Source of the DNA: a virus
Taxonomy: Duplodnaviria; Caudoviricetes
IMG/VR virus record: IMGVR_UViG_2816332589_000001
Span: 64,001-128,000 of that record
Length of the DNA stretch: 64,000 bases
Reading direction: 5' to 3' (one strand)
The notes below the pieces were generated by a model that saw only the letters and a program-made list of their open reading frames with translations, ran no database searches and had not been told where the DNA came from. Positions within the stretch are counted from its first letter, which is position 1, and the number at the start of each line of letters is the position of its first letter. Shown piece by piece: positions 39,281 to 48,047 of this stretch. A program made the position numbers and the translations under genes.

Positions 39281-39544
39281 ATGCCCCGCCTGACCCGCAA
39301 GCAGCAGTCTCAGCTCGATGACATCGAGCACTTCCTGAACCTGGCGCTCACCTATCTGGCCAACGACCGGAACGTTGTGGCCATGAAGTCCGCCGGGGCC
39401 GCCACCACCGAATTCCATAACGCGCGCTCCGGTGAGTGGATCGTGCCCGTCCAGCCGACCTCCCTACGCGCCTACCTCAACCACGCGCAGCGCGCCGTTG
39501 AAGCGATGCGCAGCGATGCCACCTCGAACGGGGGCAAGCAGTGA
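39281..39544 (+). CDS. hypothetical protein
   Basis: MPRLTRKQQ after GAAGGA. Confidence 0.65.
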   Translation: MPRLTRKQQSQLDDIEHFLNLALTYLANDRNVVAMKSAGAATTEFHNARSGEWIVPVQPTSLRAYLNHAQRAVEAMRSDATSNGGKQ

Positions 39545-40164
39545 GCGCCGCCCCGTACGCGATCGGCCGCCCGCTCGACGCCGACCGGGCCGCGTACGCA
39601 CTGTCCAACGCGGACCGCGACCGCGCCGCGGTGCCCGTGTCCGGCGCCGTGGTCCGTTCGCTGCTCGCCTCCGTACTGCACTGCGGCGGGGCCGCCGCCC
39701 TGGAGCCCGGCACCGGCGCGGTGACCCTGTCGTGGCCGCAGATCGGCGGCATGGTCCCCGGCGTTCTCGGGCCGGTCTACGTGGCCGTTCCGTGCGAGCG
39801 GCCCGCGCGTACGCCGTGCTGCGCCCGGTGCGGGCACTGGCGCGCTGAGCATGACCACCCGAGCGTGCCCACCGCCTGTACGCGGTACCGGCTGAGCATC
39901 GGCCCGGCCCGCTACGCCGTGCCGGAGCACGACGGCGTGACGTACGCGTGGGTCCGCCGGATGGGCCGCACTCGCATTCGCTTCGAGATCACCGAGCCGA
40001 CGGCCGCGCACCCGGACGGCGTGCTCTCTGTGCACCGTCTTCCCGCCCCGGGGGACGGCCCGTACGACTACTGCGCCCACTACGCGCCGATCCCGCCCGG
40101 CCGCCGCACCGATGTGCTGGAGCGCGCCCGCGCCCGCGTCCACCCCCAGCCCTGCGAGTCCTGA
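39541..40164 (+). CDS. hypothetical protein
   Basis: GTGA overlap; CARCGH..EH..C. Confidence 0.65.
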   Translation: MSAAPYAIGRPLDADRAAYALSNADRDRAAVPVSGAVVRSLLASVLHCGGAAALEPGTGAVTLSWPQIGGMVPGVLGPVYVAVPCERPARTPCCARCGHWRAEHDHPSVPTACTRYRLSIGPARYAVPEHDGVTYAWVRRMGRTRIRFEITEPTAAHPDGVLSVHRLPAPGDGPYDYCAHYAPIPPGRRTDVLERARARVHPQPCES

Positions 40165-40215
40165 CCGAGGACCGTGATCAGCCACTTCTACGACGCCTGA
40201 CCCCTTGGAGTCTCC

Positions 40216-40953
40216 ATGCCCCCGATCTTCCTCGCCGACCGCGAGACCATCGTTCACCACTTTCCGCACGGCCCCGTGCGGTTGCGCAAGTACGCGGCCC
40301 GGGGCGGGGGGCGAGAGTTCGTGCGCGCGTCCGTCCCGGCCCGCGTGCCGACCCGCGACGGGGGTCGGGCGGCCCTGGTGACGCTGCGCCCGGCCGCGTA
40401 CCCGTACGCCGGAAGGTGGCTGGCTGCCATCGTCCAGTACGCGCCGGAGCGCGCCGACCACCGCAATCCGGCTTTTGCGCCCGGGTCGGTGCGAGTGCTG
40501 GCCCGGATGACGCGGACGCACGCCAACGGGGTGCCCCGGCAGTCGGATGGGTCGGTGGGCTGGAGTGTGCCCGGTGCGTCCGCCCGGGTATGGCCGGACG
40601 GGCGGGTGGAGGTGCGCGATGCCGGCCTGGTGGTTCTGTCCGTGCGGCTGGAGGGTTCGGCGTGGGATTCGGCGCGGGTGGCCGCCGTGGCGGACGCCGG
40701 GTTGCGGTTGCTGTGCGCGCCGGAGGCCCGGCATCTGATCCGTACGTCGGAGCCGCGCGGATGGTCGAAGCCTGCGGACCGGTGGGGTAAGGGGGGCCCG
40801 GACACAGTGGGGGTCAACGGCGGGTGGACGTACGACGGGTCGTCGGTGGGCGCCTGCTCGTGCGGGTGGCGGGTGAGCGTGCCGTCCCGGGATGGGGCGC
40901 GCGGCGCTGCGGCTGAGCATCTGCGGGAAGTGGGAGTTGGCGTTCCCGCCTGA
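40216..40953 (+). CDS. hypothetical protein
   Basis: ATG after GGAG; C-terminal CSCGW..AAEH. Confidence 0.7.
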   Translation: MPPIFLADRETIVHHFPHGPVRLRKYAARGGGREFVRASVPARVPTRDGGRAALVTLRPAAYPYAGRWLAAIVQYAPERADHRNPAFAPGSVRVLARMTRTHANGVPRQSDGSVGWSVPGASARVWPDGRVEVRDAGLVVLSVRLEGSAWDSARVAAVADAGLRLLCAPEARHLIRTSEPRGWSKPADRWGKGGPDTVGVNGGWTYDGSSVGACSCGWRVSVPSRDGARGAAAEHLREVGVGVPA

Positions 40954-40960
40954 CCACGCT

Positions 40961-41025
40961 CGGACGTGGTGTACAGTTTTCCTTGTTGGTCCGGCACGAG
41001 CGAGCCGGACCAACACCAACGCTCC
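40961..41025 (+). promoter_or_regulatory. leader element copy H
   Basis: CGGACGTGGTGTACAGTTTTCCTTGTTGGTCCGGC-ACGAGCGA-GCCGGACCAACACCAACGCTCC (perfect 11-bp stem). Confidence 0.85.
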
Positions 41026-41046
41026 AACCCAACCGAAGGGACACCT

Positions 41047-42138
41047 GTGTCCGCGTACATCCGCGAGATCATCTCCGGCCTCAACAAGAACGCCCGCAAC
41101 GCGATCATCGCCACTGCCAACGCAGAGGACGGCCGCGTGCCGTACAGCGTGCACGACCGCACGAAGGACGCCCTCCACCGCAGGCGCCTGATCCGTGAGG
41201 TCACCAACCGCAGGGGCGGCTTCAACTGGTGCGTGCTCACCTGGACCGGCAAGCGGGTGGCCGCAGCCCTGGCCGAACGCGCCACCGCCCCGACGGCCAC
41301 GCCGAAGACGGCACCCGCCTTCAAGCTGTCCCCGGCGGAAGCGGAACTCCAGTACGCCAACGCCGCCCGGCTCTTCGCCGCGCTGCACCCGGCCGCCGCC
41401 GAGATCGTCAACGGCTACCAGGAGAACGCGATCCAGACCGTGGTAGAGGGCGGCCCGCACTTCACCTGCGGGGAGGTGTGGGGGCAGATCGGCGCCGAAC
41501 CCGGTCAGCGGCTCGCCTGGAACGCCGACGATGACCCAGAGGAGTGGGCGACCGCCGACGGCTTCAACACAGTGTGGGCGCACATCAACCGGCTCGCCAC
41601 CGCCGGGAAGCTGGACCTGGCCCGTTGGGATGCCCTGGTGACCGAAGCGCGTGACGTGCTCGCCACGGCGTCCGTACGGCCCGCGCCGGTCGTACTCGAC
41701 AAGCGCCCGTCATCCTGGCAGGTGCTCTGGCACACCGAGTCTCCGCTGACTGGGGAGCAGTGGGCGGACCTGCCCGTCCACTCCGTGGTGCGCACCTCGC
41801 AACTGCGCGCCGGACAGGACTGGGCCACCACCGACCAGCAACTCACCGCACGCGGCCTGTCCCGCTACGACTTCCCCGCCGCCGTGAGCGCCGGTCACGC
41901 CCTGGCACTGGCACAGGAACGCTGGCGTGAAGACGGCCCGCACTCCGCCTGGTTCGCCTTCCTGGACGGGGCCTCGGAAGAGATCGAGTCGCTGCGCGCC
42001 AAGTACAACCCGACCCCTGAGCAGGAGCGGCAGGCGTTCGCGTGGGCCATGGCCACGCTCGCCAACCCGGCCCCGGAACTCACCTTCGCCGAGGTGCAGG
42101 CCATCGCGTCCGGCCAGACCTCGATCGACCAGGGCTGA
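41047..42138 (+). CDS. hypothetical protein
   Basis: GTG after GAAGGGA. Confidence 0.7.
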   Translation: MSAYIREIISGLNKNARNAIIATANAEDGRVPYSVHDRTKDALHRRRLIREVTNRRGGFNWCVLTWTGKRVAAALAERATAPTATPKTAPAFKLSPAEAELQYANAARLFAALHPAAAEIVNGYQENAIQTVVEGGPHFTCGEVWGQIGAEPGQRLAWNADDDPEEWATADGFNTVWAHINRLATAGKLDLARWDALVTEARDVLATASVRPAPVVLDKRPSSWQVLWHTESPLTGEQWADLPVHSVVRTSQLRAGQDWATTDQQLTARGLSRYDFPAAVSAGHALALAQERWREDGPHSAWFAFLDGASEEIESLRAKYNPTPEQERQAFAWAMATLANPAPELTFAEVQAIASGQTSIDQG

Positions 42139-42228
42139 CGACCCGCACCGGGCGGGAGCGCGCGCCACAAGCCGCTCCCGCCCCCACCCTCACCAACCCG
42201 ACCAGACGACACCGCACGGAGCAGCACC

Positions 42229-42816
42229 ATGAGCGCGATCCCCACCCACCTTGAGTACGTCGCCGCCGAACTCGAAGCGCGCGCCGCCTACCGCGACATC
42301 TGGAACCACGGCTACATCGGCGACTCCAAGCCGTGGCGCTACGCCACCGCCGCCGATGCCCTCACCAAGGAACTGTCCGACAACCCCGGCACCCGCACCC
42401 TGACCGCGATCCGCGCGAACCTCGCGCACCCCCACGGGGCCCGCACCCCCGTGCCGTCGGCCAAGGCCGGACGCGCCGCGCTGCGCGCCCTGGGCACCCT
42501 CACCCGCGACCAGCGCAGCAAGCACACGAACGCCGCTGAACTGATTCACGAGGCGACCAGCGATGCCGTCGCCGATGCCTTCCACCTGGCCGACGAATAC
42601 CACCTCGGCCCCGACGACATCCACGACCTGCACGACATGCGCGTCAGCCCTTCCGGCTTCACCGATCACGTCGAACAGCCCGTGCGTGACCTCGTGCTCC
42701 TGGTCGGCAACCTGCTCGCGCTCGCAAGCGCCTACGGATGGGCCGAGGAAAGCGTCATATGGCGTGCGTACGACCGGTTCGAAGAGGAGTACATGGCGGC
42801 TGCCGACGCCACCTGA
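42229..42816 (+). CDS. hypothetical protein
   Basis: ATG after GGAG. Confidence 0.7.
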   Translation: MSAIPTHLEYVAAELEARAAYRDIWNHGYIGDSKPWRYATAADALTKELSDNPGTRTLTAIRANLAHPHGARTPVPSAKAGRAALRALGTLTRDQRSKHTNAAELIHEATSDAVADAFHLADEYHLGPDDIHDLHDMRVSPSGFTDHVEQPVRDLVLLVGNLLALASAYGWAEESVIWRAYDRFEEEYMAAADAT

Positions 42817-42930
42817 CCCGCCCCGGGGCGCGCCGGTGGGCGCGCCCCGCCACCTCAGTCCCCATGCCGGCCGGGGGCCAGCATCTGCGCCCCGGACGCA
42901 AGGCCCCGGCCCCCGGTACCCACCACCGCC

Positions 42931-43485
42931 ATGAACGCAAACGACACCATCGACCTCATCGGCGAGATACACCCCTGGCTCGCCCGCTACGACGCCTTGG
43001 CCGCCCGGCACGCCGCGAACCTGGCTCCCTACCTCAACGAGGATGGCGACGTGCTCGACAGTGAGTACCCCCGGTACGACGAGAAGCGGTTCGACAACCT
43101 CACCGAGGCGGACGAATTCCTCGACTCCCTCGCGGCATGCCTGCGGGAACTCGTCGGCCCGCCGGTCCCCGGCAACGCCTTCACCCTGACGTTCGCCGGG
43201 CCGGAGCGGCACGACGGCGAGAAACCGTACGCCTTCGTCGTCAACGGCTCTGATCTGCCCGACGCGGGCCGCACGCTGCTGCACCTGCCGTCCTTCCGCG
43301 AGTGGTTCGCCGAACAGGCCGGATGGGACGACACCCCGCCGGACGTGCTGTACCTCGCGGAAGAGTCCCACCCCGGAATCCCTGAGTACGGCTACTTCAA
43401 CGACCTCCGCCGCGAGCAGGCCGCATCCCCCGAGTGCGGCAGCGCCCCGGAGCTGCCACCCGTGCCGCAGCTGCTCCTTACCTGA
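42931..43485 (+). CDS. acidic hypothetical protein
   Basis: 184-aa ORF in the array. Confidence 0.7.
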   Translation: MNANDTIDLIGEIHPWLARYDALAARHAANLAPYLNEDGDVLDSEYPRYDEKRFDNLTEADEFLDSLAACLRELVGPPVPGNAFTLTFAGPERHDGEKPYAFVVNGSDLPDAGRTLLHLPSFREWFAEQAGWDDTPPDVLYLAEESHPGIPEYGYFNDLRREQAASPECGSAPELPPVPQLLLT

Positions 43486-43539
43486 TCACCGATCCCGCCC
43501 GGCCGTACGCCGGGCGGCTACCGGAAGGACTTCCCCAGC

Positions 43540-44040
43540 ATGACCACCACGCCCGCCGACGTTGCCGTTGTTCTCCAACGCCTGATGATCGCCACCTCCG
43601 CTTCCGAGGAGAACGCGGTCATCGAGAGTGCGGTCAACGCCGGTCTGATGTGGCGCTGCCCCTGCGGGGGCACCAACCCATACGACGCCAACGCATGCGA
43701 TCTGTGCGCCGCTGACCGGCTGTGGGCCGCCGACGCAACGCCGCCCCGGTGCGAGTACGGGAAGCTGCTGATCGATCTCCGCGAGGGCCTGAAGTTCTGG
43801 TTCGATGATCTGGCCCCCGCCCGCCGCCCGGCCGCCGTCGGCTTCCGCATCACCGAGTACGACAACGGCCCGGCCTGGGCCACGTGGGGCGCCACCGTCT
43901 ACTTCACCGACTCCCCGGACGGCGTGGAGTACCCGCTCGACTTCGAGGGCTCGTGGGTCGCTGACGCTCTGGTCGAGATCAGTGCGTTCGACCCGCCGCA
44001 GACCGGCGACACCCTGCGCGTCGTCGTCCCCGCCATCTGA
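43540..44040 (+). CDS. hypothetical protein with RanBP2-like Zn ribbon
   Basis: WRCPCGGTNPYDANACDLC. Confidence 0.7.
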   Translation: MTTTPADVAVVLQRLMIATSASEENAVIESAVNAGLMWRCPCGGTNPYDANACDLCAADRLWAADATPPRCEYGKLLIDLREGLKFWFDDLAPARRPAAVGFRITEYDNGPAWATWGATVYFTDSPDGVEYPLDFEGSWVADALVEISAFDPPQTGDTLRVVVPAI

Positions 44041-44094
44041 CCACCCGCCGGGGCGTGGCCGCGCTGCGCCCCGGCCCCTGAAGGGAACCCCCTC

Positions 44095-44694
44095 ATGAAC
44101 CTGCGCGACTCCATCGAAATCGGCGTCACCCGCACCCCGGCCGCCGCCGTTCCTGCGCCCCGTACCGCCCTGGCCGCCGTCACCGAGCCCGCTTCGGGCA
44201 CCGTGGTCACGCTCGCCGACGGCGGTATCACCTCGGCGCGGCTGGCCCCCACGTCGTTCGCCGTCCCCGACGACATACGGCAGGCGACCGCGCACTGGTC
44301 GCTGGAGCAGGTGACCGCCGCCGCCTCCGCCTTCCGGGCGGAGGCCATCCGCCGCCGCGAGAGCCAGTTCGTGGACGTGCTGCGCGCCCTCTTCTTCGTC
44401 CCCCCGGCCGAAGCGCCCCCTGTCGCTCGCGTGGAGTTCGTGACGGACGGGCCTTTCGCGAACGGCGTGTTCTGGGACGAGTCGCGTGTCTACCTGCACC
44501 ACGAGGACGGCTCGGTCGCTCCGTTCGAGGACTCCCCCGACGCCGACGAGGACGACGAGTACGCCGCCCTGGACGAGGTGTTCCGGGAGATGCTGACGGA
44601 CATCGCTGCCGACAACCCGCCTCAGCACGGTGACCGCCTGGTCGTGGATCTCGCCACCGGCGAGTTCGAGCGTTCCGGGAAGTGGGCGCAGTAA
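44095..44694 (+). CDS. hypothetical protein
   Basis: C-terminal domain resembles that of 43540-44040. Confidence 0.7.
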   Translation: MNLRDSIEIGVTRTPAAAVPAPRTALAAVTEPASGTVVTLADGGITSARLAPTSFAVPDDIRQATAHWSLEQVTAAASAFRAEAIRRRESQFVDVLRALFFVPPAEAPPVARVEFVTDGPFANGVFWDESRVYLHHEDGSVAPFEDSPDADEDDEYAALDEVFREMLTDIAADNPPQHGDRLVVDLATGEFERSGKWAQ

Positions 44695-44800
44695 CCATCT
44701 GCCCCCGTGCGCCCCGGCCGCGCGCTGCGGCCGGGGCGTAACGGATCACCACCCCCGCACCGTCTACCTCCCAGCAGCGACCCGACAGGAGAATTCCCCG

Positions 44801-45142
44801 ATGCCGCCGACCACCCGCGTCTTCCACTACGACGCCGCCCCGGTGCGCGTACGGGTGCGCGGCGGCGAGCCGGTGTGGTTCACGCGGGACCTGGCCGCCG
44901 CGCTCGGCGTGCGGTTCCCGCCCGGCCCGCTGCTGCCCGCCTCGGAGAACAGCCTGCCGGGCATGGCGACGGCCGCGCAGGTGTGGACGGTAGTGGAGCG
45001 GGCCGGCTGTGGTGCGCCCGACGCGTTCCGGGCCTGGATGACGGAGGTGTCCACGCGGATACTCGCGCGGCCCGTCCCCACGCCGGCGTCGGTCGCGCGT
45101 CCCGCCCATCCCGCCTCGCTGCGAAGGACTCACACCGCATGA
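44801..45142 (+). CDS. Bro-N-like protein
   Basis: VFHYDAAPVRVRVRGGEPVWFTRDLAAALG..AFRAWMTEV. Confidence 0.65.
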   Translation: MPPTTRVFHYDAAPVRVRVRGGEPVWFTRDLAAALGVRFPPGPLLPASENSLPGMATAAQVWTVVERAGCGAPDAFRAWMTEVSTRILARPVPTPASVARPAHPASLRRTHTA

Positions 45143-45594
45143 CCCTCTACGACGACAACACGAACTTCGCGCTCGCCGATCCGACCAGCCCAACCCGGTT
45201 CCCGCACCGCGTGCCCGTGAAGTGGGTGTTCGATCCCGACGGGGTCGAGCCGCCGTTCGCATACAGCGTCGGCTTGGCCGCCCGGCCCGGCCGTGCCTAC
45301 GAGCTTGCGACGACCGGGCTCCCCGACCGGGTTGCCTATGCCGTCATCACGGGCGCCGCCGACCAGCTCGTCGCCGATGGGCTGGACCCCGCCGACGGCA
45401 TGGAACTGGACGAGGTGCTGGAAGGTGGCTACGTCGTCCGCCTGTGGCGCGTCACCGATACCTCCCGGTGCACGGCCGCCCGCGCCGAGTCCGGCCCTGA
45501 CGTGGCCGTGTGGCAGGTCCTCGTCCCCGACAAGTGGGGCCACTTCCCCGGCGATCCGCACTACGCGGAAGCCGACGCCCAGCCGCTCATGTAG
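45139..45594 (+). CDS. DUF4262-like protein
   Basis: PFAYSVGL..ELATTGL..WQVLVPDKWGHFP. Confidence 0.7.
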   Translation: MTLYDDNTNFALADPTSPTRFPHRVPVKWVFDPDGVEPPFAYSVGLAARPGRAYELATTGLPDRVAYAVITGAADQLVADGLDPADGMELDEVLEGGYVVRLWRVTDTSRCTAARAESGPDVAVWQVLVPDKWGHFPGDPHYAEADAQPLM

Positions 45595-45629
45595 CGGCAC
45601 GCCCGACCGTTCCTCTCGAAAGGCCGCCC

Positions 45630-46022
45630 GTGAAGTCCGCACTGCCCCGCCACCCCCGCCTGCTCCCGGCCGCCGCCGCGTCCGTGATCGCGTTCATCGG
45701 GCTGACCCTGCTCGCATCGTGCGGCACTCGCGACGACGGAATGCCGTCCTGTCGCGTGTCCCGCAACGGGGCCGTGGAAATCGTGCTGGACGGCGTGCGC
45801 CCGTGCGTGCTGTACGGCTCCGGTGACGGTAGGGCGGTCGGAGCCGACACCAACCCCGGGCCCGCCTCCGGGTCGGTGAAGGCCGAGAAGAAGCCGGGCG
45901 GCACGGTGAAGAGCCCGAAGGCCCCGGCCGCGAAGAACCCGAAGGCGCCCGCCGCGCCCGCGCCGAAGGTTCCGGCCGCGCCCGCCCCCCGTCCGGCCGC
46001 CCCGGCGCCCCGAATCCGCTGA
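45630..46022 (+). CDS. putative lipoprotein with Pro/Ala/Lys tail
   Basis: LLASC lipobox. Confidence 0.6.
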   Translation: MKSALPRHPRLLPAAAASVIAFIGLTLLASCGTRDDGMPSCRVSRNGAVEIVLDGVRPCVLYGSGDGRAVGADTNPGPASGSVKAEKKPGGTVKSPKAPAAKNPKAPAAPAPKVPAAPAPRPAAPAPRIR

Positions 46023-46103
46023 CCGGCCGCCGGGGCGCCCGAGCCACAAGGCGCCCCGGCCGTGCACCCTTCCGCGGATTCGTTCTCCGACAGGAAGGTG
46101 CCC

Positions 46104-46451
46104 ATGTCCGACTCCCCGCCCTCCGGGCGCACCATCGCCCTGGTCGCCGGTGCCGTCTTCGTCATCATCGGCGTCATGATCGCCGCGCTCGCCGTCTTCG
46201 GTGGCAGTGGCAGCGCGCCCGCCCCGAAGCCGACGCCCCAGCCTCCCCGGCCCACCATCGAACCGAGCCGCCCGCCGACGCTGCGGCCCAGTGCCGAGCC
46301 GACCACACCCGACGGCTGCCTGCTGTACGACATGGAGTGCCAGCACCAGAGCGGCGGTATCTCGGGCGGCATGACCGCTGTGCCGTCCCGGCCGCCGGAG
46401 GGCGACACCGTCGGCACCACGACCGGTGGGGCGGTCGGCGGCACCGGCTGA
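46104..46451 (+). CDS. small membrane protein
   Basis: One TM followed by a Pro-rich segment. Confidence 0.6.
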   Translation: MSDSPPSGRTIALVAGAVFVIIGVMIAALAVFGGSGSAPAPKPTPQPPRPTIEPSRPPTLRPSAEPTTPDGCLLYDMECQHQSGGISGGMTAVPSRPPEGDTVGTTTGGAVGGTG

Positions 46452-46539
46452 CCCGCAGGGAGCAGTGCCGCGCCCCGGACGGTGTACCCACCGCCCGGGG
46501 CGCGCGCCGTTGTCAGTGGTCGCTGCGAGGCTGGAGCAC

Positions 46540-46923
46540 ATGACGGTGAGCACGCCCACGCTCCTCGACGGCCCCGAGCTGGACGCCTTGGCCCGGCGAT
46601 TGCTGGTGCCCGTATGGAATGCCCTGAGCAGCCGCGCGGACGCGCTGCGCCGCAGCCTGCCGCCGCGCCCGGATGCCGCGTCCGGCCGCTACGAATGGTG
46701 GCGTGCTCTGGACGCCGAGCAGGCCCGCCGGGCGGCCCTCCTGGACCGGCTGAACGCGTTGTGCGGACATCTCGCCGGGCGCCCCGCGCTCGGGTACGAC
46801 CCCAGTGACCCGATGCCGGACGAAGCGCTGGAGGAAGCCGATGGCTTCGTGAGCGAACCGGTGGCGGCGCTCGTGGCCGTGTACCGAGGCCGGCGGGCGG
46901 ACCGGTCGGCGCCAGCCCGGTAA
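46540..46923 (+). CDS. hypothetical protein
   Basis: ATG after GGAG. Confidence 0.6.
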   Translation: MTVSTPTLLDGPELDALARRLLVPVWNALSSRADALRRSLPPRPDAASGRYEWWRALDAEQARRAALLDRLNALCGHLAGRPALGYDPSDPMPDEALEEADGFVSEPVAALVAVYRGRRADRSAPAR

Positions 46924-47000
46924 CGACCCGCCAGTAGGCGGCTACGTTGGGGGACGACGCCTTCGGCGGCCAGCCACCCCCTCTTCGGCAGGAGCGCGCC

Positions 47001-47141
47001 ATGCCGGGTACCAACGGGGACCGGGACAACCCCCAGAGCGACGACACCGAGATCAAGGACACCGGGCAGCCGGACACCGGTGACGGGGAGGGGCAGGGCT
47101 CGGACGAGGACAAGATGGGTGGCGGCGCGCCCGGCCAGTGA
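47001..47141 (+). CDS. 46-aa Asp/Gly-rich peptide (candidate methyltransferase substrate)
   Basis: AGGAG RBS; MPGTNGDRDNPQSDDTEIKDTGQPDTGDGEGQGSDEDKMGGGAPGQ. Confidence 0.55.
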   Translation: MPGTNGDRDNPQSDDTEIKDTGQPDTGDGEGQGSDEDKMGGGAPGQ

Positions 47142-47154
47142 TGACGGGGAACCG

Positions 47155-48024
47155 ATGGACGCGACCGAGTTGCGCGAGCGCTGCGCCCGGCAGATCGACG
47201 GGTTCAGCGGCGGGTACTTCACGGACCGGCCGTGGCTGCGGGAGGCGTTCCTGGCGGTGCCGCGGGAGCACTTCGTGCCGGACCGGGTATGGCGGCCGCG
47301 TCCCAAGGGCGAGGCGGGCCCGCACCCGCTGCTGGACCGCACGGCTGACCCGGAGGGGTGGTTGGGGGCCGTGTACGAGCCGACGACGCCTCTGATCACG
47401 CAGATCGAGGACGGCGCCGTACGGCCCGATGGCCCCGCGGAGTCGAGCGAGTTCACCAGCTCGATCTCCTGCTCGTCGGTCGTGGTCAAGATGTTGCACC
47501 ACCTCGACCCGCAGGAAGGCGACACGGTGCTGGAGATCGGCACCGGCACCGGGTACAACGCCGTGCTGCTCGCCGCACGCGTCGGCGCGACGAACGTGGT
47601 GAGCATGGAGATCCAGCCGGACATCGCGGAGCGCGCTGCACGGACGCTGCGTCAGTACAGGGGCGACCGCGACGTGCCGCTTGTCGTGGCCGGGGACGGC
47701 GAGTCCGGCTACCCGGAGCGGGCGCCGTACGACCGGATCATCTCCACCGCGTGCGTACGGGAGGTCCCACCGGCGTGGCTGGAGCAGGCCGCGCCCGGCG
47801 CGGTCATCGTCACCCCGATGGTGACGCCGTTCGCCGTTGACGCCCTGCTGCGCCTGGTCGCTGACGGCGAGGGCGGCGCCGCTGGCAGCTTCGTCACCGT
47901 CGTGTCCTTCATGCGTGCCCGCGGCCAGCGCCCATACCGGCCGTGGAGCGAAGTGGGGTGGTTCACCCTCCGCGACCTGGACGTGCGCGTGGATGCCGGA
48001 GGGCAGCGTATTCGTCTGCACTGA
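47155..48024 (+). CDS. protein-L-isoaspartate O-methyltransferase-like enzyme
   Basis: AFLAVPREHF, SSISC, VLEIGTGTGYNA, GDGESG, APYDRII. Confidence 0.9.
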   Translation: MDATELRERCARQIDGFSGGYFTDRPWLREAFLAVPREHFVPDRVWRPRPKGEAGPHPLLDRTADPEGWLGAVYEPTTPLITQIEDGAVRPDGPAESSEFTSSISCSSVVVKMLHHLDPQEGDTVLEIGTGTGYNAVLLAARVGATNVVSMEIQPDIAERAARTLRQYRGDRDVPLVVAGDGESGYPERAPYDRIISTACVREVPPAWLEQAAPGAVIVTPMVTPFAVDALLRLVADGEGGAAGSFVTVVSFMRARGQRPYRPWSEVGWFTLRDLDVRVDAGGQRIRLH

Positions 48025-48047
48025 CGCGGACTGAGCCGACCGCCGAC

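Noticed and set aside
40966-41046. Recurrent peptide VYSFPCWS..T..R in several ORF N-termini
   Set aside because: It is the translation of the non-coding leader element; real starts lie downstream behind RBSs
23735-48024. True integron with attC sites
   Set aside because: No IntI-type integrase and no RYYYAAC/GTTRRRY ends on the intergenic hairpins; reported only as cassette-like
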